Assembly (NCBI GenBank): GCA_001643675.2 | Contig: LSRY02000021.1 | Location: 682,001-746,000, forward strand | From: Monocercomonoides exilis PA203 | Lineage: Eukaryota > Protista > Preaxostyla | Direction of reading: 5' to 3' | DNA: 64,000 nt | Part shown: in pieces, positions 11,991-23,639 of the stretch | Layout: each line of letters starts with the position of its first letter | Position numbering within the stretch: the stretch's first letter is position 1 | The notes under the pieces: model-generated | Told to the model about the DNA's origin: nothing | The model's input: the letters and a program-made list of their open reading frames with translations, nothing else | Databases searched by the model: none | Made by a program: the position numbers and the translations under genes

Positions 11991-14900
11991 ATGACAGTTA
12001 ATTGGGTTAATAAGACTGATTGTGTGCAAAAGGATTTATTTTTTAAGCGTTTTATTTACTGAATGCTTTTGTTACAATAATAATAGTTCTTTTTAAGCCG
12101 GAGCTTGGCCGCTTTGGAACAGCAACTCTCTTATGTGCTACTGAATTGTCAACAGGAAATGTGATGTCATGCAAAAAAGTTCTTATATCAGCAACACCGA
12201 TGAGAGCTGGAGTTCCAGTTGAATTTATTACAACGCAACGAATTCAATCACCTTATGTTGCGAAATACTATGGAATAATTCAAGACGTTGATTCTTTCTA
12301 TTTTTTATACAATTTTTATGCATCACAATCGCTTTCTGATGTTGTTAATGATGCTTTGCAAGATAAATCTTTTCTTCCTGAATCAGTATGATATTTTTAT
12401 TTTGAAAATTATTAAATCACAACCTATATTTTAGAAAATTTGGCGTTATATTTATGAGATAGCTTCTGGGCTTCTAGCTGCACATAAAAAGAAGATCGGA
12501 CATAGAAATATAAACCCTTCCACTGTTTTTGTTTCTGCAGAAGGATTAAAGATCGGTTTTGACGTTCATTAAAATTTTGATTCCATTTATGTTATTTTTA
12601 TTTTTTTTTTTGTAGCTGAAATTGATCATAACGGAAAACCAACTGGAACAAAAGGATTAGTAATATCAAGTATAACACCTTCAAGATTTTCAAGTCCAGA
12701 ATTAGCAAATGAACAACCGTTTGAATTTTTAATTTTCTTAAAGACTTTATTTTTTTGTTTTTTGCTAAATGATTCGAAATTTGTTTGAAATGATTCAGTT
12801 GTGATGTTTCAAGTGATATATTTAGTTTTGGTTCATTGATATATTATATGTGTACTGGAGAAAGTCCTTTTTCGCTTCCGCAGTTGGTTAAGGCTTCGTC
12901 AGATTCAGACTTAACAATTAAGCGTCTTCATTTTGGATATTCAGATACACTTTTTGATCTAATAACTCGAATGTGTAAATTTGTATGTGCGAAATAAATG
13001 CATTGAGAGTGAAAAGTAAAGAGTGGAGAAATGCTGCTCATTTGCTAATAAAAATATTTTCTTTCTAACTTTCTTCTTCTTCTTCTTCTTCTCTCTCTCT
13101 CTCTTTTTTTTTTTTTTTTTTTTTGATTTCTTTGATAACCTCTTTCATTAAATATCTTTCATTCAACTCTTATTTTAATAATAACAATCATAAAAATTCC
13201 TCACAGAATCCATCAGAACGGCCAATTGCCCTCAACGTTATGAACACAGCTATGACACAACTGCAGAAAATGGGCTATCCAGTGAAGATTGAAGAGATGG
13301 AGACTGCTTCATCATCAACATCATCTTCTTCTTCTTATGCATCCACATATTCTTCTCTTTCTCCTTCTTCCTCATCATCATCATCTTCTTCTTCTTCTTC
13401 TTCTCCATCATCATCATCATCTACATACAGCTCATTAACAGCGTCTTCATACTCCTCTCCTCAGGCCAGTGCAGCTTCTTATTCAAGTCTTGCTCCTTCT
13501 TCCTCTTCTTCTTCCTCTTCCTCTTCCTCCTCCTCCTCTTCTTCTTCTTCTTCTTCTTCTCCCACTTCATCTACTTCTACTTCTACGTATTCTTCTTATT
13601 CTTCTCTCTCAAATGCTTCAAAACTGCCTTCAACATCGTTTGTCTCCAGCAACACTTATTCTTCTTTGCCTTCTTCTTCTTCTTCCTCTTCCTCTTCTTC
13701 TTCTTCTTCAACCTCTTTCTCTTCTCTTCAAACTCCTGCTGATGAATTTTCTTATTCTTCCATCTCATCTTCACTGAATAACGAAAAAAAAGGGAAAAAG
13801 AAGATTTCAGCAGCGGGAGGAGGAGGAGGAGAAGGAGAAGGAGAAAACGGAGCAAAGCGCAATGTTCGCAATCAAGAGAACACGAAGAATGGGAAAAAAG
13901 GAGCAAAGGGGGGGAAAACAGCAGGGAAGGATGTATATGTGGAAGAGGGAATGACTATTAGTAACAGTTACAGCAGCATAAGTGGAGGAGGAGGAATAGG
14001 AAAGATAGGAATAACTGGAATAGGAGAAAGAGGAGGTGAAGGAAGGGAAAGAGAAGGAAGAGAAAGAGAAGGAAGCAGTTTTTCGTCGTATTCGTCTCCG
14101 CTGGCTGCGATTGTGAGCAGCACGATGGCGCCAGCCACAGGCCACTCAGCAGCAGACTTCTCATACTCTACACTGAATGCTGATGGTGATGGCACAATTG
14201 TTTCTTCTTCTGCTGCTTCTGCTGTAATTTCACAGGCAGCCACACAATACTCAAGCTATTCATCGCCTGGAGTGTCATTACCATCATCATTGTCATCGTT
14301 ATCAGCAGGGCAGGAAGGGAAGATGAATGCTGCTCAGAGAGAGAAAATGAATGGTAAAGCAAAATCACAAACGAAGCAGTTGCAAAGCACTGGGCAAAAT
14401 TCAAAGGCCAAATCGAAAGCAAAAGCAAACGAGAAGTTTTCTCATTTTCAGTCACAACAAGCTCAACAGCAGTCAATGAAGGACGAATACTCATCTTCAT
14501 CATCATCATCATTTTCTTCTTCTTCTTCTTCTGATTCTTATCAGAGCGCCCAATTATCTGCCGGCAAACAATCCTCCTCGAATGCAATGGGACGGAATTC
14601 TGCCGGCAAGAGTGGGCAGATAAAAGAGCAGAATGGGTTTCAGCCGCAAAACAAGCAAAATGCGCGCCAGCTGTCAGCACAGGAGTCATTTGCTCAATGG
14701 ATTCAGCAGCATCAGCAGCAGCAACACCCTCAACAACAACAACAACAACAACAACAGATGCGTCCTCTCTCGAAGACTTCGTACTCCCCACTTCAACAAG
14801 GTTCTTCATTGGCACAGCCATCGTCATCAGCAGCATCATCATCGTTTTCATCATTCTCATCATCATCGTCATCATTTGTGTCTCGTGGGACTGCTCAGCC

Positions 14901-16566
14901 TTCGTCTGCTTCTTCATCTGCTCCTGTGCCACATGCCCCGATCTTCTCCTCTCCTCCGAACATGCTGGGAAAGAGACAGACAAAGAGCGCTTTTGGTAGT
15001 CGTGGAGAGAGCGAAAATAGAGAAAACAGAGAGGATTTTTGGAGATCTGGGGAAAAAGAGTCAAATTCTTTGGGTTATTCAGATGTTTCTATGCCTCCAC
15101 CGCGGCAGATGCTGTCCGGAAGAAGCTACGGCGGGCAGAGGCAGTTTGAAGGGGAGAGGTTTGCAGAGGTGTCTGAAGTGTCATTGAGAAGAGGAGGAGA
15201 AAGAGGAGGAGGAGGAGGGGAATATGAGAGGCAGTTGTATGAGAGAGAAGCGAGGAAGGAGGCAGAGCGGGGCAGTGTGTGGAGCAGTTATGGAGGTATT
15301 GATGGCAGGAAGGAGGAGAAAGAAGAAAGAGGAGAAAGAGGAGAAAGAGAAGAGCAGCAGTTGTGGGGAGAAAGAGAAGCTAGCGAGCGAAGGGACTACG
15401 GCAGAGGGTATAATGCGAGGAATTACAAGGAAGAAAAGATGTATGAAGATGAGAGGGCAGATTCAGTTGAGCATGAAAGCAGGTGGAGTTCAGAGAGGAG
15501 AATGGCAGGGAGGACGACGCGTGTGTATTCAGGTGGGGGTTCGTTGAATGTGCAGAAGACAGGGATGGGGAGTGGATATGGACAGCAGAGATTCAACAAC
15601 AGTAATAATAATAATACAGGTCGGGATGGTTTGTATGGAGACGAATGGGAGAAGAGAGAAGAGAGAGAGAGAGGAAGAGGGACGGGCAGAGAAGATGGAG
15701 ATAGTGATGTCGCAGGAGACGGAGGAAGAGGCAGAAGTGGAATGGGAAGCAGTGGGAGAAGAGGAGAATGGCAGCAGCGCCAGAATCAGCAGTCGTTGCA
15801 GTTTGAGAGAGGGACAAGGGCAGGTGAAGAAGGATATGCGTATCATGAGATGGGGAGGAGGAACGAAGGGGCAGAAGATTGGCAATCACGCAAAGCTCAG
15901 TCGATGAAGACGAAGCTGGCAGTGTCAGGTGCTGCTGGCTCTTCTTCTTCCTCTTCCTCTCCATTATTGTCGTTTTCATCAACAGCATCATCATCACCAC
16001 AATCATCATCTTCTTCTTCTCCTTCTTCTTCTGTGAATTTGCATTCGTCGCAGTCACGTGAATACCGCCAGGGTTATCAAGGGCATTCGAATCAGCTGTC
16101 GTCTTCTTCACCCACACAATACTCGATGACCAACAGCTCTCCATTGCTCTCCCAGTTCGCTTCATCATCATCATCTTCTTCTTCTTCTTCTTCTCCCTCT
16201 TCTTCTTCTCCCTCTTCTTCTTCCTCTTCTTCTTCTTCTTCCTCTCCAGCCACCTCCCCGAAGGACTCCCCGAGTCTTCTCGAGGACGACACAGAGCCCA
16301 GGGCGATCTATGCGCGTGCGCTGTATGACTATGCGGGCATTCCCAACGAAAGCGCCTTTATTCCCTTCGAAAAGGACACCATCTTCCTCGTCTTGGAGCA
16401 GAAGGAGAACGGCTGGTGGTTCTGCGAGTCTATCAACCAGGTCTGCCCAGACGGCGAGCCAAAAAGAGGCTTCTGCCCTTCAAATTACCTCATCGTCACC
16501 ACTTCAACTGGTCAACCCCAGCGCTCTCTCGATGCTGATAGAGTTAAAAAGCGTAGGGATTGGTAA
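11991..16566 (+). CDS. N-terminal pseudokinase (NEK-like) + Ser/Gly/Arg low-complexity linker + C-terminal SH3 domain; multi-exon
   Basis: Hand-spliced exons give ELGRFGTATL..MSCKK..KYYGIIQD..FLPES|KIWRYIYEIASGLLAAHKKKIGHRNINPSTVFV..LKIAEID..RFSSPEL..SDIFSFGSLIYYMCTGESPF..NPSERP (one intron is 12386-12434). SH3 at ~16305-16495: ARALYDY..IPFEKDTIFLVLEQKENGWW..GFCPSNY. The start codon is tentative. Confidence 0.8.
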
Positions 16567-16818
16567 ATTTTAAAAATAAAATATGCGTATTAAAAAAATT
16601 TTTTTCACTCCAATTGTCAAATGTTATCCCGTATTTTCCTTTTTTATTTGCATTACATAACACTTTTTACACTTGTTCATGCACATCCACTTATCTTTAA
16701 CACACATAATTATAATAATATTATTGTCAAATTTTTAAACAAAAAATCATTTAAAAGAAAAATCATAAGAACAAGTATGGCATAGATCAGAACAAAACAA
16801 AAAAGAAGAAAGTAGAGA

Positions 16819-19084
16819 ATGATAAGGATGATACTGATGGCGCTGATAGCGGGGGGCGCGTGGGTGAAATGCGAGAAGGAGTACTGCGTGGGCGTGGATC
16901 TGGTGGGGGTGGAGGCGCGCGAGGAGGCGGGGCTGATTGAAGAAGCCGGGGAGATAGAGCTGGGGGAGTTCAGCAGCGGGGTGGCGGCGGAGGCGAGCGG
17001 GCGGGGGTGCATGGGTGCAGCAGGGGGGTGCAAGCAGGCGGGGTTTGTGCTTGTGGAGTGGACGGTGTGCAGCCATTTTGCGAGTTTTGTTTGTTTTTAT
17101 TGTTATTTCGTTGTTTTGCTTGGACGACTGCTGGGCGGGTGCTGCGCGTGGGACACTGCTGGCTGGGATTTGGATTGTGTGGATGGGGCTGGGGTTGTGT
17201 TTTTGGTTTTGACAGATGGAAGAAGAAGAGCTGAAAGACTTGAATGTTTGTTTCTTTCGTTTTATCATTTTTTTGTTTTTTGTGGGAATGAATGATATGG
17301 ATTTATTCATTTGTTTTTTGTGTTTTTTTTGTTTTTTGTGTTTTTTTTTTTTTTTTGTTTTTTGTGTTTTTTTTGTTTTTTGTGATTTTTGTGATTTGTG
17401 AGAGGAGATGAATTTGTTGGATTGCAATGTTTCACAATTTGTTTTTTTTTTTTGACAATTTTTTTTTTTGCATGTGTGTGTTTCTGTGTGATGCAGGGGT
17501 TAGCAGAAGAAGGGGTGAAGGTGGTTGTGCGAAGCCAGATTTTGAAGAAGAAAGGGAGCAAGAATGTTGTGGAGGCTTTGGCAGAAGAGCTTGAGAAAGA
17601 GGAAGATGAAGCAGAAGAAAAGAAAGAAGATGAAGAAGAAAAGAAAGAAGAGGAGGAAGAAAAGAAAGAAGAGGAGGAAGAAAAGAAAGAAGAGGAGGAA
17701 GAAAAGAAAGAAGAGGAGGAAGAAAAGAAAGAAGAGGAGGAAGAAAAGAAAGAAGACAAAGAAGACAAAGATGACAAAGATGACAAAGATGTTCAAGATG
17801 TTCAAGATGATCAAGATGAAAAAGAAAAGCCACAAGAGGGAGGCGATGGACAAAAACAAGGAGATGACGAACAGGAAACAGATACAAAAGTACAAGTGGT
17901 TGAAGGAGAAGTGGGAGAGAAAAACGAAGGTGAGAAGAAGGCAGAGATGCGGAAGAAGGTTGTCCTGTACTGCACAAACACAGGTATTGTGAGCTTGTTG
18001 ATTTGTTGATTTGTAACTGTGATGTTAATTTTTATTTTATATTCGTGTTTATATTTATATTTAAACAATTTTTTTATTTCATATGACTGTTGCCTCTGAA
18101 TGGATGCGATGTGGATGCGATTTGGATGGCTATTGGTACGACTTGGGGGATTTGACGATTTGACGATGTGTGTGTGGGGATGGGATGAGCAGAGGGGCGA
18201 GTGTGCAAATACATTGAAGAGAAGCTGAAGATCGAAGGGATTCCGAATCCATTCACACGTGACCCAGAACCTGAACCCGAACCTCAACCTCAACCTGAAC
18301 CCGAACCCAAGCCGACGCCAGCACCTGAGCCAACAGATCCAGAACACACAGATCCAGAGCAAGCAGAGGCTGAACAAGCAGAGGCTGAACAAGCAGAGGC
18401 TGAGGAGAAAAAAGTTGATGATAAAGGAGAAGATGAAGAAGGAGATGAAGAAGGAGAGGGAAAGAAGAACGGAAAAGGAAAGAAGAATGAAAAAGTGTTT
18501 GAGGAAGACACAGTGTATTTATTTGCGTTTGACGGAAAGAAGGGGCAGGAGAGCGGGATGCATGGTTTGTGGGGAGAGATTTGAATTTGTTGGTCTTTTT
18601 CATCATTTTTTTTTTATAAATTGTCATCTTCATTTTTTTTTTCTTTTTTTTCAATAATTTTTTTCTTGTTTGCTGATTGGCTGATGGCTGGTTGCTGTGG
18701 ATGAGCAGTGGAGGATGTGAAGAAGGTGGTGAAGAAGATCAAGGAAGAGTCGAGCGAGTTTGTTGCGCACTATGTTGGGATTGAAGGAGAAATGGTTTGG
18801 GCAAAGATTGATATTTTTTGTATTTTTTGTATTTTATTTTTGTATTAATGTGTTTTTTGACTTCTATTTGAAATGAATGTGAATGTGTGTGTGTGGTGCA
18901 GGAGCCGATAAAGAACGGGCTGCTGATGAGCATGGGGGTGCTGCAGGGGCTGATTGTGCTGCTGGTGTTCCTGTGCATGATGGGGCCGGTGGTGTGGCTG
19001 TCGTTCTCGGTGCAGTCTGCGGGAGACTTTGAGGAAGGAGATGCGGTGCCGGCTGGGGGAAGCGGGAAGCAGAAGGAGAACTAA
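16819..19084 (+). CDS. Voa1/Ac45 (ATP6AP1)-like V-ATPase V0 accessory/assembly protein, copy 1 (6 exons, ~467 aa)
   Basis: Exons 16819-17064, 17216-17245, 17497-17983, 18193-18564, 18709-18794 and 18902-19084 are all GT-AG and phase-consistent. The product has a signal peptide and an acidic lumenal part. The motif VEDVKKVVKKIKEESSEFVAHYVG precedes a C-terminal TM segment, MSMGVLQGLIVLLVFLCMMGPVVWLSFSVQSAGDFE, that resembles the Ac45/Voa1 TM consensus. It ends in a KxKxx ER-retrieval signal (KQKEN). The gene model is strong; the family call is moderate. Confidence 0.7.
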
Positions 19085-19611
19085 CTGGCTGGGATGAGCA
19101 GCAGCCGCGTGGCACTCGCTGAATGGGATGCTGGTGCTGGAGAGAAGGCTTTTGTATGTGTGTGTGTGAAGAGAGAAAGGGAGGGAGAGAGAGAGGGAGA
19201 GAAAGAGAGAAGGTGCACGTCACGTTGAGAGTTTTTGTGGGGAAGGAGAAGGGGGGGGAAGATTTCCTGGAGACTGTTTTTATTGAAGGGGGGAGAGAGA
19301 GAGAAAGAGAACACAAACAAAGCATTGCTATTCATCTCAACATCTCGCACTTTTTTTTTTGTTTGTTTGTTTTGCTTTGCTTTGCTGTGTTTGACGTGTC
19401 GTGGGGCGACTGGCCTTCCAGCACCCCTCAACCCTCGCAAAGCGGGTGAAGTGTTTGCGTGTGCACAAAGCACAAGAAAAGAAAAAAAAAACAAGAAACA
19501 AATGAAAATAAAAACACGAAGTGAAAGAGAAAATGGAGAAGAGTGATGCCCATGGGTTGTTGCACGGGACATGGGAGACCGTTCGCACCCGATGCACCCT
19601 CACGCCCTGCT

Positions 19612-20019
19612 TCACCCCAGCAGCGCCAAAGCCTTTGCAAGTGCATTCCGCGCTCCACAAACCGCCTTTCTCGCCTCCCGTGCTGCTCCCACCCCACCTC
19701 TGCCTCCACATTCTCCGTCCCCTTTCTCCTCTTCACCATCGTCTTCTCCTGCCCCTCCTGCTCCCTCCACTCTTTCATTCTCATTTTCACCGTCCTCCGT
19801 CCCCCCTGCCTCTGGCCCCTCTTCTTCATCCATGTCCTTTCCCACCCCACCTTCTCTCTTCCTGTCCTCTCTGTCTGCACCCTCTCCATCCCTTGCTCCA
19901 TCTCCTGTCTCTTCAATACCCTTTTTGCCGTTTTCCTCCTCGTCCGAGCCTCCCACTGGCCTGTTCTGCACGCGCACTGACCTTCCGCTGCCCTTTCGTT
20001 TTGCTGCCTTCTTCGCCAT
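19612..20019 (-). other. 135-aa Gly/Glu-rich ORF kept open in both inverted arms (partner 36726-37133 +); coding status uncertain
   Basis: The ORF has the same start, stop and length in both arms despite many substitutions, but many of these change amino acids and no domain is recognisable. Confidence 0.25.
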
Positions 20020-20389
20020 TTTCTACCCGATCTGCCTTTTTGTTGTCGTTTTCCGGCACGTTTTTCTTTTTCACTTCATTTGTTTTGGGTGCATAAAAAA
20101 AAATTTTTTTTTGTTATTTATTTTCTGTGATATATTCGCTTGAAAGTGGAAGCAAACTTTGGTAATTCCATATATAGGTTGCCACTTTTATTCTTTTGAT
20201 ATTTTCAGAATCTTTCGAAATATTTCCCAATAATAAATTTTTATTAATTAAAATAAATTAATTTAAATTTAATTAAAAAGAAAATGAATGAATGAATGAA
20301 AAAAGAGAAAAATTAAAAGAAAAAAAGAAAGAATGCAATCATCGATTTTTTTTTTTGAGTAAAGTTTATTTAATTAAGAATGTATCATA

Positions 20390-21160
20390 CACCATTTATT
20401 ATTCAAAATTGTTAAACTTATTATTCGAAATTGTTAAACTTCTTATTCAAAATTAATAAAATTCAGTATTTTTTATTTAAAAAATTTTTTGATATAATAC
20501 GATCACTGGCTGAGTGTCAGAAAGTGATTAAAATGTTTTGTTTTTTCATTGTTTTTAAAGGGGATGAAAAATTGAACCCCGATTTTTATTATTTGTGAAT
20601 AAGTATGAAATTTTTTGATTTTTCAGAAAAAAATTGTCATCCATGAAATCGGATATTTTTTCAAATGAATAAACCTCACATTGTTAACACATGCATTTTT
20701 CAATCAAATTATAATATTTATATTTAAATATGCAAAGAAGATCAATAAAAACAAATGAAGAATTCTGAAAGCGCATTAATGGATTTATTCACTAATAAAA
20801 AATTCTTGTTTCCAGTTTGTAAAATTGATACAAATAAAATATTTCGATTGAATGATGCTTTGCCAAGCAATGTGAGGTTTGTTCGTTTGAAAATTATCCG
20901 ATTTCATGGATGACAATTTTTTTCTGAAAAATCAAAAATTTTCATACTTATTCACAAATAACAAAAATCGGGGTTCAATTTTTCATCCCCTTTAAAAACA
21001 ATGAAAAAACAAAACATTTTAATCACTTTCTGACACTCAGCCAGTGATCGTATTATATCAAAAAATTTTTTAAATAAAAAATACTGAATTTTATTAATTT
21101 TGAATAAGAAGTTTAACAATTTTGAATAATAAGTTTACCAAATTTGAATAATAAATGGTG
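20390..21160. mobile_element. 771-bp MITE with ~300-bp TIRs and TA target duplication (Tc1/mariner-type, non-autonomous)
   Basis: TA|CACCATTTATTATTCAAA ... TTTGAATAATAAATGGTG|TA. The arms at ~20390-20695 and ~20866-21160 are highly similar reverse complements. Each TIR begins with about three tandem 22-bp units (TTATTATTCRAAATTGTTAAAC). Confidence 0.9.
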
Positions 21161-21305
21161 TACTGAAACAAAAAGGACATCAATGAAAATAAGTGATTTT
21201 CACTTATTCGTTTTTCTTTTGCTATATAAATGAACAATTGAAGGTTTTTTCATCAGAAACTTAAGGATTTCCACTTATGAAAAACAAGGAGAATTTTGTT
21301 AATAT

Positions 21306-21573
21306 GGGGGGAAATACGGTCTTTCAAGCTTTTTTTGTAAATGGTATTAAAAAATTGCTTCACTCATAACTTTGTTTCGCTTTCTCAGATTTCGAAATGA
21401 ATATGATTTTAATATACTTAAACATGCATCATTGAAATCAAAATATAAAGAATTGTGTCATTTCACGAATTTCAAATTATCGACACTATATCATAATGAT
21501 TTTTGTTCTCAAAAAGTCAATGAAAAGTGCATAATTTTTCAATGAAAATGCTTGCAGTGAAATATTTTACCCC
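21306..21573. mobile_element. Degenerate ~270-bp MITE-like element with GGGG...CCCC ends and ATAT flanks
   Basis: ATAT|GGGGGGAAATA ... TATTTTACCCC|ATAT. The imperfect TIR similarity extends only ~30 bp. Confidence 0.45.
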
Positions 21574-21586
21574 ATATTGTTTATTT

Positions 21587-21945
21587 CAGTTTGTGCAAAT
21601 AATACCGGATAAGATCGATTTCTCAACAACCGCAAGAAAAAATATTCTGTTAATTTTCCTCAAAATATATCTCTTCAATGCAAACTCAATTGATAAACCA
21701 GTCTTTCCAAACAGCTTCATTTGTGCTCAGAGAGAATTATTTTTAAAAACTCGGAGAAACTCAAAATCTCATGTCTCCGAAATTTCAAATAATAAATTTT
21801 TCAACATACAGTCTTCATGAAAATGGAAGTTTTATATGTCAAATGAGTTTGTATTGATGAGATATATTTTGAGGAAAATTTACAGAATTATTCCTCTTGC
21901 GGTTATTGAGAAATAGATCTTGTCCTGTATTTTTTGCACAAACTG
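21587..21945. mobile_element. 359-bp MITE with ~110-bp imperfect TIRs and Tc1-like CAGT...ACTG ends
   Basis: CAGTTTGTGCAAATAATACCGGATAAGATC... (21587-~21695) pairs with ...GATCTTGTCCTGTATTTTTTGCACAAACTG (~21837-21945). The flanks are TT/TT rather than TA. Confidence 0.8.
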
Positions 21946-22999
21946 TTACACTCATGTTGCAAAAAACATTTGGGTCATTATTTTTCATATCGTAACTTTG
22001 TTCGAAGAAAGATCTTTTTTTAAGTAATTGTGGTATATTTAGAAATAATCAAAAATACATGTTTATAAATAAACAGAAAAAGAATCGTGAATGAATTTTT
22101 GAAAACCAAGTCTCTTTGAGAAAATCAAGAAAATTCCATTATAACATCTATTTATTGAGTTTTTATTTATATCAAAATTATTTGATATCACAACATCGAA
22201 CAAGTCCAATTATCTATTATTGAAGATTCCAACTTGAGTATGATTTAATGACATTATTTTTTTTACTGCTTTTTATAAACTATCATCTCAAAATACAAAA
22301 ATAATTGTTTCATTAAATTTGATTCGAAATTGCAAGGTTTCTTGTTTTTTTTAAGTATTTTTTAAGATGACTTTCTTATTTACGAATGATCAGAATTCAA
22401 TTGAGGACGAATGGAGGTCTTCGAAAGAGGCAAAATATTTTCGTAAGCAATAGTTTTGTTTTTTGAATAATGAGACGGGTTATTAAAAAAATAATAAGGT
22501 TAAATCTTGATTATTACATGTTATCATATCTAACATTATGGATAAAATGTGAAAAGTGACAGCAGTGTTTTATTAAGCTATTATTTTTTGTTTCATCGTT
22601 TTTTGTTTTTTCTTCATTTCAAACGTTGGACTTTGTTAATTTTGTTGAAATGATTATTATCTTTGAAAATTGCACTTCGTTTATCACTGTTAAAACATTA
22701 ATTTGTCCAAACTTAAGTGAGACTTAATTTTTTTGGTTTAAACGATAGAAGAACTTGTTTAACATAATACATTAATTTGATTTCTCATCAAACATATAAT
22801 TATCTTTAGCAATAACAAAATATTTATTTCAATTTACCAGTTCAAAGGTGAAATAAAGAAAAAATATAAAACTAACAACAAATGTGAGGAAAATGACGTG
22901 AAATCAAATAATCCCCAAAAGAATCCATCTTGTTGCTAAGCTTCGTTTAATTCACATATATAAGGAGAATTTATTGTATCTATTCGGTCTGCTCCAAAA

Positions 23000-23560
23000 A
23001 CCTGAAAAGTTGGCAAAAAATTCCTTCCTCCATAACCACTTGCTTTGCATTTCAAGAACTTGCACTAGCTAATCATAACACGCAATTTTATGTTATATAT
23101 ATTCATCCGTCCTCCACCATAAGAATATGCGTAGCGATCATTAAATGAACAAAATTTCACTGAAAGCGTTCCCGATCCCAGGTTATACATGAAAATCGCT
23201 CCACCATTTGAGTCTCCATAAGAATAATTAGAGTTTGTTCCAGTGGTTTTTGACCCATTCCACTCGCACCAAGTGAATGAATTTGCCCCATTGTCTGTAA
23301 TCTGTTGTCTCGCTGGCTTCGATGGATTCCCTTCACTCCCACTGATTGCAACATTCTGTGATAGATAGCACCTGACAAATGAGGTGTTCGAGGCAGCCAA
23401 GGATGATGAGGGGCTGTTCAGCGAGGGGACAATACCCCAGTCATACACATCCCACACCGATGAAAATTCACATCCGCTCATCAGAAACGCTCTTTGACCC
23501 AACCCTTCAGCCAGATGTGATATTTTTGGTGAATTTGAGGAGATGTTGAAGAAGGTCAGT
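23000..23560 (-). pseudogene. Fragment of a GGAI/beta-helix (Pmp-like, adhesin-like) surface protein gene inside the TIR element
   Basis: SSSLAASNTSFVRC...NSFTWCEWNGSKTTG...NGGAIFMY...VKFCSFND..YGGG is followed by an in-frame TAG, after which the repeat continues (CKFLKCKASGYGG). It has no N-terminus or TM anchor. Confidence 0.75.
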
Positions 23561-23639
23561 CGGGTGAGTGTCACAAGGGGTGTCAGGGGAGGCGCCAGAA
23601 ACGGGGCTGAAGACACACAAAAAGATGAGAAATCTGACT

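Larger units (their letters stand above)
16785..20091 (+). repeat. Left arm (~3.3 kb) of a large inverted duplication; partner is 36654-39963
   Basis: It matches the reverse complement of 36654-39963 from GATCAGAA (16785) to TTTTGGGTG (~20091). The ORF track shows near-identical peptides on opposite strands. Confidence 0.97.

Noticed and set aside
17620-17760. 21-bp tandem repeat as a CRISPR-like array
   Set aside because: It has no unique spacers; it is a coding repeat for EEEEEKK within exon 3.
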